Below, in pieces: positions 48,156-57,819 of a stretch of 62,476 nt of DNA. The position numbers and the translations under genes are program-made. The notes beneath the pieces are model-generated. The model saw nothing but the letters and a program-made list of their open reading frames with translations, was not told where the DNA came from and did no database searches. How positions within the stretch are numbered: the stretch's first letter is position 1; every line of letters starts with the position of its first letter. The DNA is taken from the IMG/VR virus record IMGVR_UViG_3300033076_001192; one strand, given 5' to 3'. The stretch comes from an uncultured virus (IMG/VR IMGVR_UViG_3300033076_001192) (Duplodnaviria; Heunggongvirae; Uroviricota; Caudoviricetes).

Positions 48156-48896
48156 TTGATGCAAGAACAAAAGAAAATTAGGTACATCTACAACGGAAAA
48201 GAAGTTAGTAGAGAAGATTTTGAAAAATTATCAATAGGTAGTTTTAAATGGTTTTATGGAGACAGTATTGTTGCTGTTCCTTTTTCTTCTTTTGATTCTT
48301 TTTTTGATGGCGAATTTAAGAGTAGAAGACAAATCAATGACCATTTAAATTCTGTTTTAAATATAAAAAAAGATAAATTAACAAAAGATATTATAAGTAA
48401 ACCTAAATGCTCTCCACAGTGTTTTTGCGACGGTAGTTGTAATAAACTACAAGAAAAAAATATCAAACCTCTTCCCAAACATATAGAAAGACCTTTTGGA
48501 GAAATAATTAAAGACTTAACTGATAAATTAGAAGGGGAAAAACAAGGTTTAAAATATAATAATTTAAAACCAAGTTTAGATATTGTAATCAATAGGCAAT
48601 TCCCCAAAGCTTTGCAATTAATTGCATTAGCTACAGAATACGGTCATAAGAAGTATATTGAAAATGATTTAAACTACCTAAATTACAAGTCTGTTAAAGG
48701 AGGTTCTCAAACTTATTTTGATGGAGCAGCAAGACATAACACAGATAGGCAAGGAATTGATGAGAGTGGTTTACCACATTTAATTCATGTTTTATGGAAT
48801 TATCTTGCAGGTGTTGAACTTTGGGCAGAAGAAAATAATGTAAATGTAAAAGATTTTACAGAAAATTATATGAAAAATTTGCATAATTCAAAATAA
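48156..48896 (+). CDS. dATP/dGTP diphosphohydrolase-like (DUF5664) domain protein
   Basis: GLKYN..KP, YG.KKY, AARH, DESGLPHL.H..WN. Confidence 0.7.
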   Translation: MMQEQKKIRYIYNGKEVSREDFEKLSIGSFKWFYGDSIVAVPFSSFDSFFDGEFKSRRQINDHLNSVLNIKKDKLTKDIISKPKCSPQCFCDGSCNKLQEKNIKPLPKHIERPFGEIIKDLTDKLEGEKQGLKYNNLKPSLDIVINRQFPKALQLIALATEYGHKKYIENDLNYLNYKSVKGGSQTYFDGAARHNTDRQGIDESGLPHLIHVLWNYLAGVELWAEENNVNVKDFTENYMKNLHNSK

Positions 48897-48909
48897 TGTT
48901 GTATATTTG
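48878..48909 (+). promoter_or_regulatory. Sigma-70 promoter
   Basis: TTTG-N20-TATATTTG. Confidence 0.7.
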
Positions 48910-48927
48910 TACAATAAAACAATATAA

Positions 48928-49431
48928 ATGAAGAGACTATATTTAACAGCCGTCTTAACAGTTCCTTCAGAAGAAGGTCAGAAGAGAATTGATGAAGCTT
49001 TAGAAAAACAAAATTCTATAATTTCACAAGAAACAGTGTATAGAGATGAGGACGGTAAGAGTAGAGAAGATTGGGAAGACATACTATCAGGAAAAGTACC
49101 TCCAGGATTTGCAGACGCAGAAAAAGAGTTTTATAACAATAATACTCAAATTTCAGAGATAGATGAAAATGGTTACATGCAACTTGATATCGAAGAGATA
49201 GATTATTTATTTTTAGATTATCTTTTACCTATTAATCAGATAGTTGATATAATTGATAACCAAGAGTTTGGTTCAATGATAACACTAAAAGATTCTGCAA
49301 CTATCCATGTAAAAGAACCTGTTGAAGTTATCAATTATCTTATAGAACTATCGTATATGAATAGTTTTCAAAAATTTAGAGTATATATTTATACCTTATT
49401 TAATAAATTAAAATCAATTATAAACAAGTAG
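48928..49431 (+). CDS. Hypothetical acidic protein
   Basis: ORF track. Confidence 0.6.
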   Translation: MKRLYLTAVLTVPSEEGQKRIDEALEKQNSIISQETVYRDEDGKSREDWEDILSGKVPPGFADAEKEFYNNNTQISEIDENGYMQLDIEEIDYLFLDYLLPINQIVDIIDNQEFGSMITLKDSATIHVKEPVEVINYLIELSYMNSFQKFRVYIYTLFNKLKSIINK

Positions 49432-49445
49432 TACAAACAAACATT

Positions 49446-50159
49446 ATGACGTACAGAAATTTTAGTATCAGTTCAAAAAGAGGTAAATTGTACCTTAAAG
49501 AAAAACAACCAACTCAAGGATATGAAGAAGTATCTTATGGAACGGAAGGTAAAAAAACTTATCATCAATACCACGATTCTATTAAAGGATTTCCTAAATT
49601 TTTTGAAGTAAAAGAAATTCAACATGAAGGTAAACCTTTAAAATTCATGGAGTTTACTTTATTAGATGGAAATGTGTCCAACAAAGTTTCAGTTCCTTTG
49701 AAAAACACTAAAGGAGGTTATACAGATGAAGCAAGAGCTCTACTTTCAGCTTTAATAGGAATGGATTTAAATGAAGAAGTTACTCTATCTACTAAAACAT
49801 CTACAACAACAGGTAAAAATGGAAAAGAGTATAAGAATTTAAACATTTATATCAATTATGTTAATAGATTAGGAGATAATGGTAAAGGTTTATCAACAGG
49901 TTTTATACCTTATAACGAAATACCAGCTCCTATTGAAAAAATTGTTGCTGGAGATAAAACTTGGGATTGGACACCACAGACAGAATTTTTTTATGGTAAA
50001 CTACAAGAAGTCCAAAGTAAATTTCAAAATGGGCAAACAACTCCACAGCCGCAAATAACCGCAGAAGCCCCTAGTATTCCAGTAGCTTCTCCTAGTCAAG
50101 CATTTGAGCCTGCTACAGCTTCTAGTAAAGCAGAACATGATGATTTACCATTCAACTAA
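49446..50159 (+). CDS. Putative single-stranded DNA-binding protein
   Basis: Beta-rich core, P/Q/A linker, terminal DDLPF motif. Confidence 0.65.
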   Translation: MTYRNFSISSKRGKLYLKEKQPTQGYEEVSYGTEGKKTYHQYHDSIKGFPKFFEVKEIQHEGKPLKFMEFTLLDGNVSNKVSVPLKNTKGGYTDEARALLSALIGMDLNEEVTLSTKTSTTTGKNGKEYKNLNIYINYVNRLGDNGKGLSTGFIPYNEIPAPIEKIVAGDKTWDWTPQTEFFYGKLQEVQSKFQNGQTTPQPQITAEAPSIPVASPSQAFEPATASSKAEHDDLPFN

Positions 50160-50165
50160 TTTAAA

Positions 50166-51053
50166 ATGAGGAAGTTACAACAAACAAGATTACATAATCC
50201 ACCTGTAATATTAGGTAATTGTTTTCCAACTGTTATAGCTTGCTTTTTAGACTTAAATTCTCCTGAAGATGTTATTCAAATTCAGGAGAAATATGAAGAA
50301 GATGATTGGAATGAGCAGTTGCAAAAATGGCTTTTAGAAAAAGGATGGGAGTGGAAAAAATTAAGTGGACATTTATTTGATAATTCTTATTATTTAGTTA
50401 TTGGAAAAACAAATAGAGGTAGTGCAAGTCATGTATGTATTTATCAAAATGGAGAACTTTATCACGACCCAAACCCATCTAATGATGGTTTAATAACAGA
50501 GGATTATTTTGAAATATTAATAGAGAAAAAGAAGATATGTTTTAAGTGTAATATTGAGAGACCTTTGTCTGAGTATTATAATCACAAACAAATGAGTGAT
50601 GGTCGATTAAATAAATGTAAGACATGCACTAAGAAAGATTCTAAGTTACAAACAGATATAAACACATCAACTCCTGAGGGTTTAGAAAAGGAAAGAGCAA
50701 GACATAGAGATAAATACCATAGACTTAGTTACAAAGAACAGCAAAAGGAATGGGATAGAGATAAACCTTGGAAAAATACAAATACTTATAAAGGTCTAAG
50801 AAAAAAATATTATAAGGATTTACCAAGAGAATTTGAACTGCATCATTGGAATTACAATGATGAGTATTTAGAGGATGTTTTTATTCTTAATGTAAAAGAA
50901 CATAAAAATTTACATAATGATTTATTCTTAGATTTAGAAAAAAGAATATTTTATTTAGAGGATGGAACATACTTAGACACAAAAGAAAAGCACAAAAATT
51001 ACATTAAAAAACTAAATATAAAAATAATTAATGACACAAGAAAAAGAATATAA
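50166..51053 (+). CDS. Fusion of a Cys-His-Asp domain with a Zn-finger/HNH-like domain
   Basis: GNCF...HVCIY...HDP; then C..C...DG.LN.CK.C and ELHHWNY...H..LH. Confidence 0.5.
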   Translation: MRKLQQTRLHNPPVILGNCFPTVIACFLDLNSPEDVIQIQEKYEEDDWNEQLQKWLLEKGWEWKKLSGHLFDNSYYLVIGKTNRGSASHVCIYQNGELYHDPNPSNDGLITEDYFEILIEKKKICFKCNIERPLSEYYNHKQMSDGRLNKCKTCTKKDSKLQTDINTSTPEGLEKERARHRDKYHRLSYKEQQKEWDRDKPWKNTNTYKGLRKKYYKDLPREFELHHWNYNDEYLEDVFILNVKEHKNLHNDLFLDLEKRIFYLEDGTYLDTKEKHKNYIKKLNIKIINDTRKRI

Positions 51054-51366
51054 TTTATCAGAGTATGCCTACAAAGAAGGTGATGTAGTTGAAATGCCAG
51101 CTAAAGATTTTGTAGGATTAATAACTTTACTTCAAAATGTATTTCAAGAAGGGGAGGTAGTTACGTTTAGTCACCCAAGTTTAGCAAAAAGTCAAGAAGA
51201 GTATTTCTCTCAAAGAGAACCTACAATTTCAATTAATGCCACTGCTTATACAGCATCATATTTTTTAATGGGGATGAAAGCAATTCACTTAGATAATATT
51301 AAAAGTGGTAAAGCGGTTAAATTAGGAGAATTAATACCAGAAAAAGATGCAGAATTTTCACACTAG
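51031..51366 (+). CDS. Hypothetical protein
   Basis: ORF track. Confidence 0.6.
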   Translation: MTQEKEYNLSEYAYKEGDVVEMPAKDFVGLITLLQNVFQEGEVVTFSHPSLAKSQEEYFSQREPTISINATAYTASYFLMGMKAIHLDNIKSGKAVKLGELIPEKDAEFSH

Positions 51367-51553
51367 ACATTTAAATCACATAAAAAAATCTCTTGGAGCT
51401 TCTTATGTAGCTTGGGAGAGGAATAAAGATGAATATAGATTGAAAGTTGTAGTTAGCGGAAACCCCTTATATTTTGTTATAGGGGGTACTCCAAACGATG
51501 TAACAGCAGAAAATTATTCAGATTTTTTAAAAAGTTTTACAAATGAAGAATAG
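51347..51553 (+). CDS. Hypothetical protein
   Basis: ORF track; overlapping operon packing. Confidence 0.55.
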   Translation: MQNFHTRHLNHIKKSLGASYVAWERNKDEYRLKVVVSGNPLYFVIGGTPNDVTAENYSDFLKSFTNEE

Positions 51554-51752
51554 AGAAAAAGAATTAGAGTCCTTGTATAATACATTATTAGAAAATGATG
51601 AATTATACGTCATGTTTGACGGGATGAAAGGGGAATGGGAAAAAGATAAAAAGAGATTTATTGAGGAGCAAATAAAACTAGAGAATACTGCTCAAGAATT
51701 AACAGCAAATTATTATAAAATAATAGAAGATTTACACGAAGAAGATGAATAA
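51543..51752 (+). CDS. Hypothetical protein
   Basis: ORF track. Confidence 0.55.
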   Translation: MKNREKELESLYNTLLENDELYVMFDGMKGEWEKDKKRFIEEQIKLENTAQELTANYYKIIEDLHEEDE

Positions 51753-53328
51753 TGTACAAATAAAAGATTTAGATGAGCTTTATAATGGTTTTTTACATAC
51801 TTGTAATGCAGTTTCTGAAACTTTAGGAGCAGAAGGTAAATTAGCTGTTTTAGAACATGTTGACCCTACAATGCCTCCTACAGTTACAAAAGATGGTGTG
51901 TCGGTAGCTTCTCATATTAGATTTACAAATAGAGTAAACAATTTTGGAGCTATTTTAGCTAGACAAGTGGCTGCAAAAACTTTAGAAAAATCTGGAGATA
52001 GTACAACAACGTCTTTAGTTTTATCTAAAGCGTTTTTAAATAATTTTCCAAACAAAAAAAAGTATAATAAAGCTGTTGAAAGAGGGATAGATATCGCTTA
52101 TAAAGAGGTGTTAGAGCATTTAAAAAATTATTCTCAATCTATAACAACTGATACATTAGAAAGAATTGCTGTTATTTCTGCTAATAATGATGAATACCTT
52201 GGAAAACTTATAGTAGAAGCTTATGAAGCTGTTGGTGGTGTGCATGGTATTGTAGAGGTTAAAAAAAATAGAGAAAGTAATGAAACTACCCTTTCTAAAC
52301 AAAAAGGTATGAAGATTGATAAAGGATATCACTCTCCTTTTTTTATTAACAATCAACAATCTGTAACTTGGGAAGCTGAGAATGTTTTAATAGCTGTTTT
52401 AGAAACATGGGTATCAGATAGTAATATTAAAACTTTTATACGAGATAATAGATACGATAAAGATGGAAAATTACAACCTATACTTTTAGTAATGGAAAAA
52501 ACTGAGGATATAGATTTTGTAATGGATTTAGAAAAATTTGCTAAAATGAATCTTTATAATATTTGTCTTATTACTACCCCAGATTTAGAAAAATTTAAAA
52601 AACTAAATCATTTAAGTGATATTGCTACTTATACGGAAGCTGAAATATATCAACCAAATCAAGAGGAGTTTGTCGAAATAAAACCAGGAAAAGCAGATTC
52701 GGTGATAGTTAATAGTGAAAGTACTGTTATTATAAGAAAAAATATAACCGAAGACACTAAAAAATTAATATCTAATCTTAAAAAACAGTTAAAAGTTACT
52801 AAAGAAGAAGATTTTTTAAGAAAAAGAATTCAAAGACTAGAAGGTGTAAGTTGTATTATCAATGTAGGCGGTTATACAGATAGTGAATTGGATGAAAGGT
52901 TTGATAGAGTAGATGATAGTTTAAAATCTGTAAAATCTTCTATTGAGGAGGGTTGGATTGTAGGAGGAGGAAGTGGATTGGTTTATATTTCTGGTCTTAT
53001 GAACAATAAGTTTAAAAACGCAGATGAGCAATTAGGATATGACCTTGTAAAAGAAGTTATAAAAGAGCCTTTTAAACAAATATTAAAAAATGCAAATAGA
53101 AAAGAACCTACTTTTTTAGAAAAAACTTTTAAAAGAAAATCTGGATATATTGAACACTCTTTAAAAGAATACGGAATAGGTTATAATGCAAAAACAGATA
53201 AAATTAGTAACCTTATAGAGGATGGTGTTATAGACTCTACAAAATCTATTAGGGTTGCTTTTGATAATGCCAAATCGATGGCTGAAAAACTTTTAAATAT
53301 TGGAGTTGTAGTCTGCCAAAGCAGTTAA
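51745..53328 (+). CDS. groEL: GroEL-like chaperonin
   Basis: AVSETLG, TKDGVSVA, GDSTTT, ISANND, GM.IDKGY.SPFF, EEG.IVGGG, GVIDS.K. Confidence 0.92.
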   Translation: MNNVQIKDLDELYNGFLHTCNAVSETLGAEGKLAVLEHVDPTMPPTVTKDGVSVASHIRFTNRVNNFGAILARQVAAKTLEKSGDSTTTSLVLSKAFLNNFPNKKKYNKAVERGIDIAYKEVLEHLKNYSQSITTDTLERIAVISANNDEYLGKLIVEAYEAVGGVHGIVEVKKNRESNETTLSKQKGMKIDKGYHSPFFINNQQSVTWEAENVLIAVLETWVSDSNIKTFIRDNRYDKDGKLQPILLVMEKTEDIDFVMDLEKFAKMNLYNICLITTPDLEKFKKLNHLSDIATYTEAEIYQPNQEEFVEIKPGKADSVIVNSESTVIIRKNITEDTKKLISNLKKQLKVTKEEDFLRKRIQRLEGVSCIINVGGYTDSELDERFDRVDDSLKSVKSSIEEGWIVGGGSGLVYISGLMNNKFKNADEQLGYDLVKEVIKEPFKQILKNANRKEPTFLEKTFKRKSGYIEHSLKEYGIGYNAKTDKISNLIEDGVIDSTKSIRVAFDNAKSMAEKLLNIGVVVCQSS

Positions 53329-53335
53329 TGTTAAT

Positions 53336-53365
53336 AAGGGGAGATTTAAAGTCTCCCTTTTTTTA
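53336..53365 (+). terminator. Intrinsic terminator
   Basis: GGGAGA-tttaaag-TCTCCC followed by a T-run. Confidence 0.8.
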
Positions 53366-53376
53366 TTTTATAAATT

Positions 53377-54081
53377 ATGGAACAAATTAAAAAATATTGG
53401 AAAATTGTTATAGCTTTTATTATTTTACTAGCTGTATTTTATACATGTGAGAATAACAAAAGTAATATATTAAAAGGAAAAACAATTGCTTTAGAAGAGC
53501 AATTGAAAAAAGTAAATAGGGAAATAAAAATTCAGGAAAAAAACAGACAAGAATTAAAAGATAGCATATTAAAAAATACTATTAAAAATAATAGGCAAAT
53601 AGACAGTCTTAAGAATAAAAATATTGAATTACAATATAAAATTACGTATTTATCTAATAAGAACCAGGAAAATAAAAAACTGGTGGAGAATAAAAATATA
53701 AAAGAGTTAGTTTCTTTTTATAATAAACGTTATAATACTTCTGAAAATTATCCTTTAGATTCTACTAAGATGGTAACAGGAAAAAATACAGCTAAATTAG
53801 TTAATAAAGAACTTTTAGATTTAGATTTTTGTAAAGAAGAAAGTACTATACAAAAAGAACAACTATCTTTAAGAGATAGTATTATTGATAAAAAAACAAA
53901 AATTATAAACGACTCTTTTATAATAATAACAGAATCGGAAAAAACAATAGAATTACAAAAACAGCAACAGGAAACAAGTGATGAGGTAATTAAAAATGTA
54001 AAAAAGCAATTGAAAAAAGAGAAAGTAAAGACTTGGATTTTAGTACCTTTAGTTTTTTTAGGTGGAATTTTAATAAAATAA
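53377..54081 (+). CDS. Membrane-anchored coiled-coil protein (spanin-like)
   Basis: N-terminal TM/lipobox-like segment, long coiled coil, C-terminal hydrophobic tail. Confidence 0.5.
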   Translation: MEQIKKYWKIVIAFIILLAVFYTCENNKSNILKGKTIALEEQLKKVNREIKIQEKNRQELKDSILKNTIKNNRQIDSLKNKNIELQYKITYLSNKNQENKKLVENKNIKELVSFYNKRYNTSENYPLDSTKMVTGKNTAKLVNKELLDLDFCKEESTIQKEQLSLRDSIIDKKTKIINDSFIIITESEKTIELQKQQQETSDEVIKNVKKQLKKEKVKTWILVPLVFLGGILIK

Positions 54082-54113
54082 TTTGGTTAATTGAAAAATA
54101 ATTATTACATTTG
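54082..54113 (+). promoter_or_regulatory. Sigma-70 promoter
   Basis: TTTG-N20-TACATTTG. Confidence 0.65.
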
Positions 54114-54116
54114 TAT

Positions 54117-54536
54117 ATGAAAAAATTAATATTATTACTGTTTTTAATTACTTCTTGTAGTACAGTAAAAAATAAAGAAAGTATAGAGTTGATTAGAAAA
54201 GAGAAGTTGTTTAATGTAGAGGTCACTTTAAATAACTCTGTAAAAGTTCCTTTTATTGTTGATACAGGGGCAACTATAACTTCTATTCCGTCTTATGTAA
54301 TAATTACATTAATTAAAGCTGGAAAAATTAAAAAACATCATTTTATTGGTGAAAAATCTTTTACTTTAGCTGATGGAAGTGTTGTAAAAAACACAGTAGT
54401 TTTATTAGATGAGATGGATATAGATGGTGTAAAAATATACAATGTAAAATGTACCGTTACTGAAAATATGGATTCTCCTCTTTTATTAGGTCAAAACGCC
54501 TTAGAAAAAATAGGAAAAATAACTTTAAATTACTAA
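54117..54536 (+). CDS. Retropepsin-like aspartyl protease with lipoprotein signal
   Basis: MKKLILLLFLITSC lipobox; FIVDTGA, LADGS, LLGQNAL. Confidence 0.85.
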   Translation: MKKLILLLFLITSCSTVKNKESIELIRKEKLFNVEVTLNNSVKVPFIVDTGATITSIPSYVIITLIKAGKIKKHHFIGEKSFTLADGSVVKNTVVLLDEMDIDGVKIYNVKCTVTENMDSPLLLGQNALEKIGKITLNY

Positions 54537-55198
54537 TGAAAACAGAAATAATAGACTTTTTTGGTGGTGACCAAAATCATGCAAACGTAGCTCGTGTTAG
54601 TTTTGCAAAAGAAGCAAATAATTATACAAAGGAACAAAATGCTAAATTAATTAAGTACTTAGTTGAACATAGGCACACGAGTCCTTTTAGGCATAGTACA
54701 TTACAATTCAGAATCAAATGCCCAATTTATGTAGAGCGTCAACTTCATAAACATCAGGTTGGTGTTTCAGTAAATAGTATTTCAGGTAGATATGTTGATT
54801 TTTCAGATAGTTATTATGAAATACCTTTTGGTGATTGGCGTAAACAATCTAAGTCTAGCAAACAAGGTAGCGAAGGTTTTTTAGATGACGAATCTCAAAA
54901 ATTAACAGATTCAATTCAGTGGCATGTAATAGAAACTTGTCAAAAAGCATATAATGAATTATTAGATTTAGGTGTGAGTAAAGAACAGGCTCGCTCAGTA
55001 TTACCACTATCATTAGAAACAGAATTTATTTGGACAGGCTCTTTTTTAGCTTTTATGCACATGTGTAATCTACGTTTAAAAGAAGATACACAAAAAGAAA
55101 CAAGAGATGTTGTACGTTCAATGTTATATTTAGTTCAAAATCTAGAAGGTAACCCATTTAAAGAAAGTTTAAAAGCATTTAATTATGAAAAAGTTTAA
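54536..55198 (+). CDS. thyX: Flavin-dependent thymidylate synthase
   Basis: ARVSF, H.SPF.H, RQLHKH, NSISGRY, KEQARSVLP, LRL...TQKETR. Confidence 0.95.
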   Translation: MKTEIIDFFGGDQNHANVARVSFAKEANNYTKEQNAKLIKYLVEHRHTSPFRHSTLQFRIKCPIYVERQLHKHQVGVSVNSISGRYVDFSDSYYEIPFGDWRKQSKSSKQGSEGFLDDESQKLTDSIQWHVIETCQKAYNELLDLGVSKEQARSVLPLSLETEFIWTGSFLAFMHMCNLRLKEDTQKETRDVVRSMLYLVQNLEGNPFKESLKAFNYEKV

Positions 55199-55367
55199 AG
55201 TACAGTGGTTAATAGACCAAACATATCAAGTATTAAGATTAGAGTATATAGATTTATACTCGCCTAATTTACAATTTTTAGAATCAGATACACCTGAAGT
55301 GGTATTTCAAGGCAGTTTAGCAGATTGTGAATCTTATATTAGGTTAAAAGAACAAGTATATTTATAA
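55185..55367 (+). CDS. Hypothetical protein
   Basis: ORF track. Confidence 0.5.
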   Translation: MKKFKVQWLIDQTYQVLRLEYIDLYSPNLQFLESDTPEVVFQGSLADCESYIRLKEQVYL

Positions 55368-55536
55368 TTATGAGTGATAGCGTGCAAAGATTTTATTCAG
55401 ACGAAAGTTTCGGCGAAAAAGAAATTAAAAATAACAGTAAAGAAGTCCAAAACATTTTAGATATATTTAGACTTTTATCTGTAGAAGATAAAATATCGGT
55501 AAAAAGATTAATAAGAGAAGAAGAAATTTTTTAAGT

Positions 55537-55773
55537 ATGATAAAAGATAATAAATGTTACAACACACCAACTTTAGAAAGTATTTATAATCTTACAAAGT
55601 ATGGATACACAAAATCCCAATTAAAAATGTATTTTGAAGCATTTAAAGAAGATACTTACTATTATTTCTACGAAGATAATTTAAGAAAACCTTATTTTAT
55701 AAGTGGTAAAAGGGCTGGTGAAATAGGTTTAATAAAAACATTTTTACATCCTAAACCTATAACAATAGAATGA
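55537..55773 (+). CDS. Hypothetical protein
   Basis: ORF track. Confidence 0.5.
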   Translation: MIKDNKCYNTPTLESIYNLTKYGYTKSQLKMYFEAFKEDTYYYFYEDNLRKPYFISGKRAGEIGLIKTFLHPKPITIE

Positions 55774-55915
55774 AAGATAAAGACATATTATTAATTATTT
55801 TGTCATATTCTAAAGAAAAATTAGAGAATACAAAAATAAAAGAGGAGCAACATGCACTTGGTTACATCAATGAAGCAATAAAATGGGTAAAGGAACTATA
55901 AAGTGTCAGTGAAAT

Positions 55916-56236
55916 ATGAAATACAGAGGAAAAAGTAAAATAAACAATAATTTTGTATTTGGTTATTATAGTGTAGATGGTAATTCACATTCGATTCATA
56001 CAGACCACACAACGTATCCAGTATATGAAGACTCTATTTCTATTTATTTTGGCAAAAAAGATAAAAATGGAAAAGGGATTTACACAAACGACAAAGTAAA
56101 GTACAAAGGTAAGGAGTATCAAGTAAAATATTTTGAAGAATATGGAGCTTTTGGTTTATATGACAATTATTGTAAAAAGCAATTGAAAGGATTATATTTA
56201 TCTGATTATCACACAAAACAAATGGAAGTAATATGA
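55916..56236 (+). CDS. YopX-family protein
   Basis: KYRGK...FVFGY...G.KDKNGK.IY..D.V...EVI. Confidence 0.75.
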   Translation: MKYRGKSKINNNFVFGYYSVDGNSHSIHTDHTTYPVYEDSISIYFGKKDKNGKGIYTNDKVKYKGKEYQVKYFEEYGAFGLYDNYCKKQLKGLYLSDYHTKQMEVI

Positions 56237-56448
56237 AAATAGTAGAACGCAGATTAGTAACACAAGAGTGGTATGAAACTGAATTTAGTGAAACAGGATG
56301 GGAATCGCAAGGTGGTTGGAGATTTTTAGATGATGTTGATAATAATCCTGATGATTTTAATTGGAACATTGTACAACATATAGAAACAGATAAATTTGGA
56401 AACCCTACTTTAGCAATTGCCGAAAAAGAAACTAAATTAAAATTATGA
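56233..56448 (+). CDS. Hypothetical protein
   Basis: ORF track. Confidence 0.55.
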   Translation: MKIVERRLVTQEWYETEFSETGWESQGGWRFLDDVDNNPDDFNWNIVQHIETDKFGNPTLAIAEKETKLKL

Positions 56449-56714
56449 AAAACTTAAAAGAACAACTTACAAAAACTTTATACCAAAACTCTTTTGATGG
56501 AGACTCTTACCATAGTTACATACTTTTTGAAAATATGGATAAAATATTAAATGAACAAACAGTCATAGCTAAAGAATATGCAAAAAGTAAATGTGAAGAA
56601 CTTTTAAAAATTGTAGCGGAAGATTTAGGTAATGGAAGTTGGTATGTGAATGAATACAAAGTATTAGAAAACTTTAATTTGGACAATTTTATTGAAGGAA
56701 CTGTGTCATCTTAA
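56445..56714 (+). CDS. Hypothetical protein
   Basis: ORF track. Confidence 0.55.
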   Translation: MKNLKEQLTKTLYQNSFDGDSYHSYILFENMDKILNEQTVIAKEYAKSKCEELLKIVAEDLGNGSWYVNEYKVLENFNLDNFIEGTVSS

Positions 56715-56756
56715 TCTTTTTGTGCGGAAAATTATGGAAAATGAAATTATAAAAAT

Positions 56757-56996
56757 ATGAAACAAGTAACTAAACAAGAATTTTGGAATTATTTTCAAGA
56801 TAAAGACTACAATGAAAAGCAAGGTGATGCATTTCATTCTGATATTTTTATTGTTAATGGGGAAGAAGTTGGATATAGAGAAACAAGTAGTTATGGAGCA
56901 TCTGACGTGTATATGTTAAAATACGGAACAGTTAATTCAGAAACAATAAGTTTAGTAGGAAATATTTTGGAAAAATTAGGAAGTATAAATAAATAA
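56757..56996 (+). CDS. Hypothetical protein
   Basis: ORF track. Confidence 0.55.
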   Translation: MKQVTKQEFWNYFQDKDYNEKQGDAFHSDIFIVNGEEVGYRETSSYGASDVYMLKYGTVNSETISLVGNILEKLGSINK

Positions 56997-57087
56997 ATAA
57001 ATAAATATTGTTATGAGTATTGATAAGAAAGTAGACTCATTTACAAATACAAAATTTGAATAGTAGGTTTATAAATAAAACTCAACA

Positions 57088-57543
57088 ATGTCACAAACCG
57101 AAGATATAGATGGAATACATCACATAAACATATATTCCAAAGGTAAAACAGAAATAGGTAGATGGCTTAGTAACTTCAGTTATTCTCCTATACTAACACA
57201 ACATGGAGAATTTAATTCTATAGAAGGTTATTGGTATTGGTTAACCACATTACATGGTAAACTTAGACAACTACACGGATTTTCCGCGAAAAAACTAGGA
57301 AAAGAATGTAAAAAAGTAAAAGATATTCCAGAAAAAGAATTTAAAGATTATATTTGTAAAGCTATTGATTTAAAAATAAAAACAAATCCCAAATGGATAG
57401 CAGAACAATGTAACCTCCCACTTAAACACTATTATGAATACGGCGAGAAAAGAATTGAAAAGGAAGAATATAATTGGATAACAGAACATATACAAACAAG
57501 AATAAATCAACTAAAAGAATATTATGAAAAGAACAAAAGGTAA
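57088..57543 (+). CDS. NADAR/YbiA-like protein
   Basis: INIYSKG.TE.GRWLSNF..SP, F.SIEGYW, G..AKKLG, PLKHYY.YG. Confidence 0.6.
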   Translation: MSQTEDIDGIHHINIYSKGKTEIGRWLSNFSYSPILTQHGEFNSIEGYWYWLTTLHGKLRQLHGFSAKKLGKECKKVKDIPEKEFKDYICKAIDLKIKTNPKWIAEQCNLPLKHYYEYGEKRIEKEEYNWITEHIQTRINQLKEYYEKNKR

Positions 57544-57819
57544 AATAATGGTAGAGTTAGGTGATGCTTTATATGAAATGCATTATTTAGAATATGATAA
57601 AATACCAAGACTTAAAGAAGAGTTAAAAAAAATATAAATTAAATAAATCTGAAAAAGACGAATTTGAAATATGAGATTAACAACACACATTAGAAACCTT
57701 ATTTTTCTTTGGCAAGAAAGCAGAAGAACTGAGATAAAATCAAAAAATCAGACCCTGAAATAATATTAAGAGTTACTAAAAATACTTACAAAAGAAAAAA
57801 TAGTTGGGTTAGAAATCAA

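Noticed and set aside
48156..48896. Z-genome (2-aminoadenine) pathway implied by the DUF5664-like gene
   Set aside because: No PurZ-like or DatZ-like gene in this window; the domain is common in phages with unmodified DNA.
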